From: Paramecium tetraurelia
Taxonomy: Eukaryota
Assembly (NCBI GenBank): GCA_000165425.1
Contig: CT868496.1
Location: forward strand, 372,001 to 436,000
DNA: 64,000 nt
Direction: 5' to 3'
Positions 14,355-27,768 of the stretch are shown here, one piece after another. The notes beneath the pieces are model-generated. The model worked only from the letters and a program-made list of their open reading frames with translations, was not told where the DNA came from and did not search any database. Both the position numbers and the translations under genes were made by a program. The stretch's first letter is position 1. Every line of letters starts with the position of its first letter.

Positions 14355-15044
14355 TCACAATTTTGGATTGTAATATGCTGCTGCAGCTGCTATCAACTTA
14401 GAATCCTATGTCTTTAATACATTGTCCCATGTAAAATCTTGGATCACCAACTTTATTTATTCTCCTTCTCCTTCTGCCCCGTGTGTCTTCTAACACAATT
14501 CATCCAATTATGTCTATTCCATATTCTTCTCTACAACAAACAAATGAATCACTTCATCACTTCCTCCTGGAGACACCAACATTTCTTATAAGTAACGCAT
14601 CTCATTGTGTTAAATGCTGATTCCTGTTTCCTCCTTGATCTCCTTTGCAGCCACTCCTCCGAAATCTCCCTATTCATCCATCATCCCAGCAGGTGCTTCT
14701 ATTGTAAATTTACCCACCGGCACTCTAAATTGTTATGTAAGCACCATCTTCTTATTGACCAATAAGAGAATTGCCACTGCATCTCCCCTCAAAAATACGA
14801 AGCCTGGCAACTTAATCCCATTCAAGTATGCATCAACTATTAAATTGACAAAACCCACATTTTATCCAAACATGTACACATAGGATACCTCTATTTGTTT
14901 CACTTCAACATTCGATTGTTCCCAAGATTTAATGTAATTTTAAAATTTCTTAGACTATTCAATCTTGTTGAAATGATCAATCAAGACACCCTCTCCTTTA
15001 ATAAATGGGATATTTTATCCTCTTATTAAGATATTCCTTATCAT
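14355..15044 (-). CDS. Nudix hydrolase, ADP-sugar pyrophosphatase (NUDX14-like)
   Basis: 690 nt in frame; MFGQNVGFV...LPGFVFLRGDAVAIL...QFRVPVGKFTIEAPAGMMDEQGDFGGVAAKEIKEETG (Nudix box). Confidence 0.9.
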
Positions 15045-15058
15045 TGATTAATATAATT

Positions 15059-17271
15059 ATGATAAACCAAATTTTTAATGAAGAGATGAGAACTAGCAAA
15101 AAGCTAAAGATCAAGTTTCAAAAGAAGCCTGGAATGAAGGACTCCCAGCTGATTATGCAACATCTTGCGGAAAGCGTGGCCAGAGAATCTCAGAAACTTG
15201 AACCAACTCCAAACCCATTTTTACAGGAATCCAAATTACAAGAGCAAATTTCTGAACGTCGAAGATAAAGCTCGGTCCATCAAAGTGATTGGTTTCTCAA
15301 CGATCATCCTCTGGCCCAATCCAATTATTTTACTCCTGCAGATAGAATCACCTTTGGATAAAGCATTGACAATAGAGATAGATCTTATGATCGATTCTAA
15401 TCCAATTGGTACGTGCCATTCATGTAATAAAATTTTCTAGCTCTCTTAAATCTTCTCTTGCATCCAGTCAATTGTTTTCGATTCCAAACAAAGTAACCGA
15501 ATTGATTGGCCATTACCCTGATTACTTAAAAATCTTATCCGATGACATCCAAAATCAAAAGACAAAAATCTGTGTCGATTGCAACAGACTCAAAGATCTC
15601 ATCTCAGAAGAAATCGATAAAAAACAAACTGAGTTGTTGAATGCCCTAGATTAGATTCAAATCAACTATGAATTCAATTATCAAACATTGCAAGAAATGG
15701 TCACCCAATTCAAATAATCATTTTTGTCAGTCCCATCTGCGTTGAATCGATCAATCCCTGTCAATATTTCTTCCATAACCATCTTTCATTACGATCAAGA
15801 CGAAAACTACAAAAAAATCAAGGAAGAGAAGTGTCTCATCAAACAAAGGTTGTCCAACATAGATTCGGAACTGATGAAACGAACCCTCATCTTTATGGCT
15901 GAAGACATGGATAATCAAATTACACACAAACCAGGCTATCGACACACTGAAACCTTGCAATTGAAATATGATGAATTTCAAAAGCAACTCATCAGCTCTG
16001 TCTCAACCCAATTGAATGAGATGAATCTCGTCTTGGAAATTGCTCCACAGTACAATTATGAGCATCTATTACTATTGCCCAAGGTTGAAACTGTCATCGC
16101 CAATAATCGCTAGAATGCAATTGGAGGTGATAGAGACATGCAGGAGTTGGAAAACTTAAAGACTCTCATCCAGAACAAATTGAAATCCCAAAAATTCAAC
16201 ATGAACATTAGTTTAGGGTTGGGATAGAGCATGAAAAACTTCGGATTGAAGTTGGAGTACAAATATTAATCGAATAATCCTTTATTAAGTATCTAAGCAA
16301 TAACCGATAATATTATCGCAGTTGGAAGCAGAAATGGGTTAGTGTAGGTATGGGATCTGAAAAACAAGGAGTAATGCTTCTCATTCCAAAATAAGCAACC
16401 TGTCACTTGCATGAGGATATTCAAAGGATTTCAGGGAGATTTCAATGTCACTTCGAGAGCCAATGTGTTAGGAGTAGACTTAAAAGAATAGCAATATCTC
16501 GTGACTGGCAATCAAGACATCAAGATATGGGATATCAAGACTGGAGGCATGGTAAAACAATTGAAAGGATAGGGTAATGTAATTACATCGATGTTATGTC
16601 TGTTGGATAATCATACTCTAATTAGTGGACATGAGGATGGTAAAGTAACATTTTGGAATGCCTATTCTGGAATGACAATGAAGAAGTTGCAAGATCATAG
16701 TGACTCTGTGAATGGCATAATATTAACCAAAGACGGAAGAGTGATCACAGGAGGTAGTGATAAAAGTATCATTATCTATCAAATACACTATGTGAGATCG
16801 CAGATTTATACGAGACAAGTGTTCGGAGATGCCTTGAAATAGTAGGTGTTTCACGATGAGTGTCAAATCTACTGCATGCAAGCATCAATGATCGATGAAG
16901 CTCTATTTGTGACTGGAGGTAGTGATTGTAAAATAAAGATATGGAACTTGAAGTCGCAGAAGGTTGAGAAAGAGATCATGGGTCACAAATAACCTGTTGG
17001 AGATTTCGTGATGTTGGAGAACCCTTTGGATGTTGACAAGGAGAAGATGTTTGCCTTAGTTTCAGTGGCCACCAGTGAAGATGTGCTACGTATATCAACA
17101 TCCATAAGTCCACTGAATAGTGGCGTGTATTTAAATGAGAAAATAGTGAATGAATTCGGTGCCACTTGTGGACCTCTATTGTAGTTATTGCAGGATGAGG
17201 AAGGGTTGAGACTCTTGGTTGTGAATTAGGATGAGGACAATTAGAGTTTCATGATTTTAAAATTATAATGA
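15059..17271 (+). CDS. Coiled-coil plus C-terminal WD40-repeat protein
   Basis: LISGHEDGKVTFWN, HSDSVNGIILTKDGRVITGGSDKSIIIY, FVTGGSDCKIKIWN; one probable small intron near 15410-15440. Start could be a downstream ATG. Confidence 0.85.
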
Positions 17272-17278
17272 AAGAATA

Positions 17279-18219
17279 TCATTCTTTTAGGGGGGATTCT
17301 ATTAATTTTTCTTTCAATAATTTCCAATCAATCTAGCAGAAGTATTTATGTTGCATAATTAACTCGATTTTCGTTAATCTCTCCAGAGGATCCCACTTCA
17401 AAAGGTTCTCAATGAGATCCTACAAATTAGGGTCTATTTCCCTTGGGAATTCTTTTACATTCTGTTTCTTCTTTTGTTTTAGTGTCTCTACATCTCTGTC
17501 ATCATTCTCAAAAGGGTAACAATCGAACAGCAATTTGTATAGTAGGGCACCCAAAAGCCACCAATCCCCACTCTAATCAAATAGCATCTCCATGGCTTCT
17601 GGGGGGAATATGCGTATTTCTTCATACGTATTAATTTTAAAGAACACTGTCTTATTGCTGGAGAATCCGAAACCGATCAATCTGATATAACCATCTTCTG
17701 CAATCAAAATGTGGGAAGGATTCAAGGCTCGATAGATGTAACCAGACTTATGAATTTCGTGAATTGCTAATGCGATTTGTGCAGTGATGAATTAGATCTA
17801 AATGTCACTCAACTATTTCTTATAGGCTAATTGTTCAAGATCGTATAAACAACTCTCCAATTCAAAGGTGCATGTTTAAGGAGTGTTCTTGTATTGTATC
17901 AATTTACAAATAAAAGGAAAGCGAACATTAAGTAAAATTTATTTCTGCATTTCCAGCATCTCTTAAGAGAAGAAGATGCTCTTGTTGATTTTCTTAATTA
18001 CGACTTGCTTATCATCTCTGAAGCCTCTTTCAATTCGATGAGTTGAGTCACTAATTAACTGTATGGTGACATACTTACTTGCAAATCAGAGTAAACAGAT
18101 TCGCTTTTTTCCAGTCGTTTCAAAGGCTTTTAACTGTAATGGAAGGATTCGCTACTAGATTTTCGTTGTTGTATAATACATTACTCATCAATTTCTTTCT
18201 ATGAGCAAAAATTCCCCAT
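17279..18219 (-). CDS. AGC-like protein-kinase-fold protein, predicted pseudokinase, N-terminal MG..C acylation motif
   Basis: MGNFCSQK...(20-nt intron 18059-18078)...VVIKKINK...IHKSGYIYRALNPSHILIAEDGYIRLIGFGFS...FPPE...DWWLLGALLY...HKYFCQIDW. Confidence 0.85.
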
Positions 18220-18735
18220 AATTATTTTAATATATATTATTTATTAAACCACATTCAAAATGAAGTTTGGTAGAAATTTTGAATATGATCTTATGAATAT
18301 CTTAATTTACAGTGATTAAAATTATCATCCCGATTTAAATTAACAATCATATTGATTGATTCTGTTGATATTCTAAATTTCAATAGAAATGCTCAAATGA
18401 CAGTCTTCTGAGTAGAGAATCCCTCTCTTACTCAATTGTCCTTGCTTATAGAGCAATCCCAATGTTAAATTCTCATATATAAATATGTACACATGCATAA
18501 TAAATGACGATCGTGAATACTTCATGTTTGAGATCCTGAAATCTCCATTTGATGGTTTTTATCAATAAATTGATCATCAGATTGGTGTTTGAGTGCCATT
18601 TCTGAAGGAGTATTTAAAATACTTAAGATTCTGATGAAATACGATGTCTGATGAATACTTTGAATTTTGAATTAAAAATTTATCTATAAATGCATCTATC
18701 GATTATGGAATTTAGTTATTTTAAATAAACAAACA

Positions 18736-19909
18736 ATGTCATTACAACAGGATATGATGAACAATACTGATGATGGATTGTCTGCAAGTAGAGTAGAATT
18801 AGTCCAATACCCAATCTTGAATCCAGCAACTCCTCCAGCTCAGTATGTGCAGATGAACGATGCCAAAGAAGCCATCCCAATCGCCAAACAAGAGCCAGAG
18901 ACATCAAGAGAGACCTTTCTTGTGGAGTACTACAAGAAAATCCTAAGATAACACTTGAGTATCCTAGGAATGTTCACTTTTGGGTTGATGGAGTGGTTTG
19001 CCAACATTGTGGTGGACTTTGGATACTATTACAACACTTTCAGATGGACTTTCTATACGTTTGTAGTAGCTCTCATCATAATCGCCCTGGGATTGCCCAT
19101 TACAAGGTCCTTAAGAACAATAGTAAGATATCAATTAATATCTTTAGGTGAAACATCAGAATTCTATATTCTATCTCCAGACAATCTTGATAGGATTCGT
19201 GCTTATTGGAATAGGCAACGAAAACTCAGATACACATGCAACAGCAATCAATTGGTGGATCATCATTACATTGATAATCCTCATCGCACACAGCATTGCC
19301 CAAATCGTGCTTGTCAAACACAACATCACCCACTACTACACCATGTTTATGAAGTTCGCCATCATGGGATCAATAACACTCAACTTTGTCGTCGGATTGT
19401 GTGCATCATCCTTAGATAGTTCATTTCCAGTCGCCGAAGCCATCATCATCTATTCCATCTATTATTTCAATCAGTTGAATGAGCATCTACTCAAAAATTC
19501 AAGTGAACTACCAGAAGATGTTTCAATAGTGGGAAGAATATAAATAATTAATAAAATATAAGCACTTTTCAATTAGGAAGCACAATCAAATCAAGTTATT
19601 GAATAAATCAAAGAAACCCATTGTGTTGTCAACAGATACATTGCCATAGTCATTTCAAGTGCTGTTGCATACCTTTTAATCCTGATCCTCAGCATCGTCA
19701 CTGGAAATGCACTATTCATTGTAATTGTGGTTGTGGTTTCAATATCACTCCTAAGCGTTGTGCTCAACACTTAAGTGGCTTCAAGAGTACTATATCATAA
19801 TCATTCTTAGACTCTCCAATAAGAGGACGTAACCTATGCAGTGTGTTTGACCTACTTGGATCTAGCCAGTCCACTCAAGAACATTTTGAGAGGAATCATT
19901 TCCAATTGA
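18736..19909 (+). CDS. Multi-pass membrane protein, divergent Bax inhibitor-1/TMBIM-like (paralogue 1)
   Basis: RETFLVEYYKKILRQH at the N-side, many TM helices, EDVTYAVCLTYLDL at the C-end; intron ~19123-19147 explains the ORF-track frame jump. Confidence 0.7.
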
Positions 19910-20730
19910 TGACTTAATTTGTCATTCAACATACATATACAATTTATCATCATATCATTATCCTTCTTGGTTTTAACCTAACAATTCCTATAAATCAAAT
20001 AATAATAATTTGACAAAATTAAATTGATATTTTTAAATAATCAACATTCTTAAAATGAGTTTAAGAAATTGGAACTGTGTCTAACTCACGATAATTAAGA
20101 TATATTCGAACTATTACTATCTTCTTACTCTAGGGGTTTCTATTAATTTCTTCAATCCCTCGGATGACTCAATGGATAATGCAAATTCTATATTGTCTAT
20201 AAATTCAAGATCAAGCGTTACAGAACCAAGCAATACTTTTAGATCATTAAAACCACAAGAATCAATAGATACTGACCTACATACATTCTTAATAATCCGA
20301 GCTAACCTTGCTATTTCTAGTTTTGGAAAAAATAGAATTTAATTTGTCCTAATCAAATTTTACACACTAGATCAGGTTGTTGTGATTATTACCATATACA
20401 ATACTCAAACTAGTCCAGATGTATTAGGGGAGATATGATACAATCAAAATTGTATTTAATTCTCTCCAGAGATTCATGATTTACTGCGTCATTGTTTATC
20501 ATTCACTTATCTTTAGAACCCATTTGAATCAAGAGTATTTTATTTAACTAATTTAGATTCTTGTAAAATCTGATAGATATTCTAAACAAATTTCAATGGA
20601 ATTGCATGATCTAATCAAAATACCTTCCATAAACCTAGGTTCTTAATTTAATATGAAAGGATAAAAATATAATAGCCTGATCAATATTTATAAACATTGG
20701 TAAGATATAAAAAGTATAATAATTAAATTA

Positions 20731-21982
20731 ATGTAATTTTCAGCAGATCCACAATATTATGAAATGTCCAAATATCCCAATAACCTGGGTTAATAAACGA
20801 TTAATCCTGTGATGAATCCTAGTGTTCCTTAAGCTAATCTGTCTCCTCAGGTCAATATTTCAAGTGAGAATGATCCTGCTAGTCCAGAATAGACTAGACA
20901 AGCATTCCTCGTTAAATACTATGTAAAGCAAATCATACAACTTGCTGGGATCATTTTAATCTATGGAATCAATTAAATTAATGCTTTTTCCTCAATATAT
21001 TTAACTGAAGTAGATAGAGAATGGTGGGGATCAAAATATACATATGAGAGTTTCAGTCAAAACTATCATCGTGGTGCCACACGAAGGGAATTTGAAGATT
21101 GGATGGAAGAGAGAAGAAGAGATTACATGGACTATAAATTCAATTGGGTTTATTACTTTATATTGTCTCTTACCTTATGCTTCACTGTATTCCTTGCCTT
21201 TGCTAGAAATTCCAAGTCTTTTGTATGTATTCTAACTTATTAATAGGCTCGGAATTAAAATACATTCTTCATGATTCAAACAGTCTTCTTAGGAATTGTC
21301 TTGGGAGGATTGTCTAGTGTCCATTAGTAAAACTGGCTATACCATAATACAATAATATACATTCTCTTGACATTGTTTGGGTTAATGGCTAATAGTATCT
21401 TTAATTTAGTATTGATCAAACTTAATAAATTGTAAATTTATGGAAAATTGCCCAAAACATTTACTTATCTATTTTTTGGATTGAACTTTTTGATGGGATT
21501 CAGAGAATATCAAATGGTCGAGGCCTTACCAATAGTCGAATTTATTACAATCTACTGCTTTTTTTATTTTGATCAATTAAATAAATCCCTTTTGGTGTAA
21601 CCCTCAGAACTCCCACCAACAACAAATATTGTTGATCTCCTTAGAAACATTAAAACTGAACTGGAAGGCAATCAATTTCAGTCCAATTAACATTTTATTG
21701 TGATAAATAAGAAGGTATTAACAATAGTTTCTATTGGGGTTGGGCTAATTCTTCTTGAAGTGTTCGGCTTCTTGATGGGCACCTTTATATTCATAGTAGT
21801 TTCAATTTTATCTGTGCTCACAGGGCTTAGTTTTGCTGTTCCTACTTAAGTGGCTCAATAAGTAATTAAATTTAATATTTTGATAGACTTTGACAACAGA
21901 AGATTCAAGCATAGCCGTTATGATGACTTATCTAGATCTCTTATGTCCAATCCAAAATATAATAAGAAGCATTAAAATATGA
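20731..21982 (+). CDS. Multi-pass membrane protein, TMBIM-like (paralogue 2)
   Basis: RQAFLVKYYVKQIIQLAGII...PSELP...EDSSIAVMMTYLDLLCP; introns near the same positions as paralogue 1. Confidence 0.7.
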
Positions 21983-22437
21983 ATCATCATATAAAACAAC
22001 AAGGAATATTTATTAAAATTAAATAAATAAGTATCTCAGATTTTAAAATATTTTTTTTATTACAATATTAATGCCTTACTAAACATTGAAAAGGATTTAA
22101 TCTTCCTTTTTAAATTCTTTATTTCAAGTATTAATTGTGACTTCTGTTAAGATTTTTGAGGCTGAATCTGTCTCTTTGTAATTGATTGAATGCAAATACC
22201 TTTTGATGATATTTATTATTTTCGCAATCCCTATTCTAATTAAACTGTGACATTTTCCTTAACCACTAAACAGTGCTTACTCTTATAATAGAATTTGAAA
22301 TATTTTTGTCCTCTTCTTATGATAATTAATCAAATATTAATTAGGTAAATTACTAATATCCATAATTATTCACACTGATTATAAAGAGATTAAACTGTAA
22401 TCAACTTAATTATTAAAAATAGTAATATAAAATAATA

Positions 22438-23413
22438 TCAACTGGTTCAAAAGATTTCTCTTTCTTTCTGCAGTTGCATATGCTTGACAATTTCTCTTTT
22501 TGAATTTACACTGTCTTTCAAAGTTATCATAATTAAGTTAGAAATTTCCTAAGTTTGTAAATCTTATCATTACTTTAATTTCGTGTTAGAAATGCAGTCC
22601 AAATTGAGATGCAAAACTATTCCAATTCATTTATATATTCAACATGATGGCACTGGTATAGAGAGAAGCACATGCAATTTTGGATGGTTCATATTTGATG
22701 ATATTGATATTGTAAACTGCCACATCTAACAAGAGTAAGGAGTAGGTGAGCCAATTCGAAGTTTTTTCTGCAATGTTAATTATTGTCCAATAGTAGTTTA
22801 ACCAAACATAGGAGGATGCAGTGACCAACTTAAAATCCAGAATGCATAATAATTCTTTTTCGATCTGAAATATCTCTTGCATCTCATCTCTGTCGTGTGT
22901 ATATCTCCACAACGGACTTGGATAGATCTAGTAAAAGTGAAGCAAATACCTCTTCGTATTTGGACGCTACAAAATAACATGTCTTGTATATCGAATCGAT
23001 TTGAGCGGTAAATATTCTATTTGTACTTAAATAAACATCGAGCAAATAAATGGTTTAATGGAAGGTTCTTCGCTAAGCCTTCATGAGCTGTGCATAACTT
23101 ATGAACTTCGTCTATCTATTTAAGGTTATGTGGGGAGGAATACCATCTATGCTCTCATTTCAGGATTGAGGTCTGATTGGATATCTGAAAAATAATTTGG
23201 ATTAAGAAAGGACATGTTAACATTCTAAAATGATCAGAACACTTAATTAACCTGTTGTGTTTATAGAGTGAAATAGATCTGCTTGATATACAACAAAACT
23301 TGTTATGGATCATGAGTGTGTTTTGATTCTTTCCTCTTGAATGGATTGGGAGGTTGAATGTAATAATTAGAGCGATCTGTAAAAGGCCTTATCATTTTTT
23401 GGATGTACTCCAT
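22438..23413 (-). CDS. Cyclin (A/B-like cyclin box)
   Basis: N-terminal D-box-like RPFTDRSN; cyclin box with CYFVASKYEEV, IFQIEKELLCILDFKL, KYEPSKIACASLY. Confidence 0.88.
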
Positions 23414-23646
23414 TTAAATAATTAAATGATTAATAAGCAGAAAAATAATAAATTTGGTTATTTAGTACTATCAAGTTTATACTACATAAAATATCTTACA
23501 ATAAAGGATCATTATTAATATTCAGAAATCTCATAATTAATTTGGATTCCTATGTGAATTATATAAGTATTAATATATATATAAAGTTGAATGTCTCATA
23601 TTTTTAGATATAAATTTAAACTTGTTAATGATAATAATAATATTAA

Positions 23647-25155
23647 TCAATTAGGCAAGGGAATATCGTAGATGAAATTATTTATCATGATCAATGCAGC
23701 CATAGGTTAATCCATTGGAACCATATGTCCAGCATTTCTTATAGTCACAAACCACAACCCATCTAAGATCCATACGTTACCTGCATTCTAATCTTCTCCA
23801 CTTTTATTGCCTGGAATAGTCCAAGATCTCCATGGCTCAATTGTATGCAAGCCTACAATATAGATATTCATATCTAACCAATTTCATTCTACAAATTATT
23901 CAACCAGAAGAATGTCCCTGTGATTGGTACTACTCCATCCACATCTCCACTAAACTTAAGTATTTTGAGTCCAGTCTTAATTAATTTAGGATATAAGTAA
24001 TAGGTTGCTCTTGGATCCTTTGTGTATTTGATGGTGCTACTGCAATCCTCCCACTCTTTGGTCAGTTTGGATGTATCAATATTGATGGCTTTGAGGAACT
24101 CAGGGTTGGTAAAGTAGTAGAACAGTCCTTGGGCTTCAGAACAGGATGGGACTGTTCCTGGTTGTCTATCAAATGGATCAAGAGTCATTTTGGACCTCTG
24201 GATGGTTTCTCCATTGAATTTGGTGATTGGCATTTGGTAACACTTTCCATAGATGTTATAGGGATTGTAATAAAATTCGCTATTTTAATATGGATATTAG
24301 TTACTAGTTGAGATTGATTTCCTCTTAGGTTTTGGCATAGAGATCCTTGCAATACTAAGCTGTTGAATTGAAACAATTGTCTCTTTGGGCATCGATTTCT
24401 TCCCACAACTTCTCACTTATCAAATGATGACTGTGCATGAACTCGAATTTGTGAATAGGGAATCTCTTGGCCTCAATTGTGCATTCGGTGTAATCGGTAC
24501 AACCATTTCCAATCATCAATCCAATAAGATTTATCCTTTTGGTAGCTATTTTATTATATTCTATGATCTCATTCGCTAATAATGGAATGTAAGTGCCAGC
24601 ATAACTCTCTCCACTGATATAAAATTGATGAGTGCTAAGTTCAGGAAACTTATTAAAGAATTGGATCACTGCTTGTAAATTGTCTTTGGCCGAACTTGCG
24701 TCACTAGTGTGCTCATCACCATATGAAAACCCAACTGTGGCTGGAGATTCCAAATAGAACATATGTGCCTAGAGACATTCATCATAAACGTCTTACAGTG
24801 TTTGTCCATGAGTAGGAATTGACTCTCAAATCATTAGTGCCTAAATTGAATACAAATGGACCATTCTCATTCAGAGCACCATAGAGTGAAGAACACCCAG
24901 GCCCTCCATTCAGCCATAAAATTACTGGACTTTCATCAGTCAAATTCTTGTTTTGTTGTGGAAACATGAAGTAATGAAACTACTTGCTCCCATCATCATT
25001 AATTCTCAAGTATCCTGAAAACCTGTAATTGTTATAATCTTTTTATAATACCATTATCCTGTATACGGAATATTGAATTTAGCATAATCTTTCACTAGAT
25101 CTTCTGTTGGAAAGCAGAATATGACAGCGACACTCAGAAATAGATACAAATTCAT
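23647..25155 (-). CDS. Serine carboxypeptidase (peptidase S10)
   Basis: Signal peptide; LWLNGGPGCSSLYG, YLESPATVGFSY, GESYAG, FSGDVDGVVP, TIRNAGHMVPMD. Confidence 0.95.
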
Positions 25156-25270
25156 ATTAAAATATTATAATTCCCCACAATATATGTTGAATTAGAATAT
25201 GGTTCTTATACTCCTATCTCTATTCCATTGAGTCTATATAATATCTTAAAATGATATTTATATATAATAA

Positions 25271-25912
25271 TCATAACAATGTTTGCATAGATGAACAACC
25301 TTTCATTTTAGTACTTTGCTATCTCTTGAGTATTCTTGCTTGTATTATGTCTGCTTGTTAATTCAAATCCTATCTAACCTTTTGATCCGTACTTGTAGTA
25401 TTGGTTGTAAAATCTGTGACCATCGTATTGAGCATTTCAGCTAGAATAATTGTGAATGGGTTTTACATTGCTAATCAGCAGCTTCATGCAACTTGATTTA
25501 TAGGGTCACTTATTTGGATCTGAGTTTCTTATCCATAATCTATTGATCGGATAAAAGTGGGGGAGGCAGGTCTGAGATGGAGGATCTCTTCACAGGACTG
25601 ATAGTCTTGGAAGACTCAATTTCTGATCTGGAATTAATTATGAGCATCAGTGTTTTGGTTTCACTCAAAGCCTATTGGATCTTATCCAAAAAGTAATATT
25701 TGATAGGATCCTGTATATTATCAAAATACTCCACGCACTTTCTATTCATGAATATGCAACCATTACCTATACATAGCAAGAGCCTACTGCACAGCATCAA
25801 GTTGTGGTTCTTTGATTATGGCCTTCTCAAGAGATAGGAGATTATAGTAGAATTGTCTATCAATGGCATTTCCTTGTACAGGAAGGGACTTTTCATTGTT
25901 AGATTACCTCAT
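25271..25912 (-). CDS. Hypothetical coiled-coil protein
   Basis: MRQSNNEKSLP...CVEYFDNIQDPIKYYFLDKIQQAL...; open in ciliate code with one probable small intron. Confidence 0.65.
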
Positions 25913-25956
25913 AATTTGTTAATTATAAATAATTTTAACATTTTTATCATTTGCAC

Positions 25957-27314
25957 TCATTTGCTAAAAAAAGTGAGATTATTTTATAGTATGGTCATCT
26001 CATCCTTTTGAATTTTGAAAAGATCCTACAATTCTTTGCCAATAGGTTTAGATATTTGTTTGTAAGTGGACAAGATATTCTTGATGTTGTGAATCATAAA
26101 CTACTTAACCAACAATTCATTTTCTTCGCTGATTTTTTCTTGGAATGAATTGAATTCCAAAAGGGGGTTTTTAGAGAATTCCTCCTCAGTCAGAAAGTAT
26201 ATCCTTAGATACCTAAGAGAGTCAGTTATAAATGTTACTGCAATAGTTGTACATTAATTTTGTTAGCATACAAGGTCTATCTTTCAATGTTGGTGATTTC
26301 ACTTTGTCTCAGCCACTTTTACTTCTACTCAAAGAGCTATTCAGTGTAATTTATGGCTTTAGTGAAATCCAAATCTAAGGGCATTTCATTATAAGGATTG
26401 TCCTCCACAGTAATGCCATGTCTCATGAGTAGATCGTGATTACTCAAATTACCATAATTAATTGTTAATTTCTATTAAAATTGGGGAGTATTCTTACATC
26501 GCCTGGTTCAATTTGCTTCTTCGCACTGAAGTCAACGAAACTCATGTTTTCATGGCTCAAATAACAACCATCCAAGAAGCAATTTGGGTCGAAGGAGTGA
26601 TCAAATTGATAAACTAATGGACATACTATTTAGACTGATTGCATGTCAAAGTATTTAGGCTTTCTAGAATGTATTGATATTGGTCATACTGTGGATTGAA
26701 GCAAATTAAGGAGGCTCTGACAGCTTGGAACAATTTCAAAAATTCAAGGGCTGTCAAACCGTAAACTTTGCTCAATTGCAATTCATTATACATCGATTGA
26801 CATTGAAGGAGAGTGCCTTCTATCAGAGAACCCAAATTCCTCGAGGATATCAAATCAATCACTGTTTGAGGCCACAATAAGGGAGTATTGGGAGGTTGAA
26901 TCATGTTTGCAAATGGAGAGTGATTTAGTGATTGGTCTTTCTGGTGCACGAACACTTGCAGAATAATTTTGAGCAAGCCTGTGACCAAATACTACTATTC
27001 CACTTTTCCACCACATATTTTGTGAGCTATTTGTGATGCTATGGTCTAATTGATTTGCAACTACATACCTGAAGTTCTTGTGATTTCCTGTTGTCACAAC
27101 CGACGAATTCCACACTTGTGAAACACTTCTCCGTCGAAATCAGCATTATCTATTGATTTGCCTTTACTTGCTAAGCTGCATACATCCCTTTTCTGAAATC
27201 GATGGATTGCATCACTCGCAAATAAGTAGGAGGCATCTTCAACCACTTCAAATACTATTGACCCAACAAACTGCCATAATTAGATGTTAGCCCAGCTATT
27301 AATTTCTCTTGCAT
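25957..27314 (-). CDS. SET-domain protein methyltransferase (Rubisco LSMT/SETD3-like)
   Basis: RKGMYAAQQVKANQQIMLI, TPLLWP, CPLVxQFDHSFDPN, INYGNLSNHDLLMRHGITVEDNPYNE; 23-nt intron joins the two ORF-track frames. Confidence 0.85.
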
Positions 27315-27768
27315 TTAATTAATAATTATAATTAAATTCCTTATTTATATATATATAATTATAATATATATATAAAATATATATTAATATATATGCATAA
27401 ATACCAAAGCATTTCTTGATATCTACATAATATATCTCACGCATATTTATTAAAACCTAATTCGTTTATATTTATTTAACACACGTTCATTTCCCCTTTC
27501 GTTCTAACTTATCTACCTCCAAACTCTCGTTTAAGCCATCCTGATCTCATCTCCTATGGACTTTAAGTTCAATCAGATCGGTATTCAACTTTTTCTTCTC
27601 CCTGGTCTTCCTACTCTCACAAATACACTGATTGGTGAGTCTTCTTTCATTCCCCATCGAATAAATTCAAATTGTATAACTTTTTGAAGGTCCCAATATT
27701 CGATGGATCAGAAATTCAAAAATCATAAGTTTACTAAATGCAAAACAAACATATATGAGAATTAATAA

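Noticed and set aside
20055..20438. 128-codon plus-strand ciliate-code ORF between the TMBIM-like genes
   Set aside because: No recognisable motif; ORFs of this length arise by chance with a single stop codon.
22030..22365. Short minus-strand open frames
   Set aside because: Two competing frames, no homology cue.
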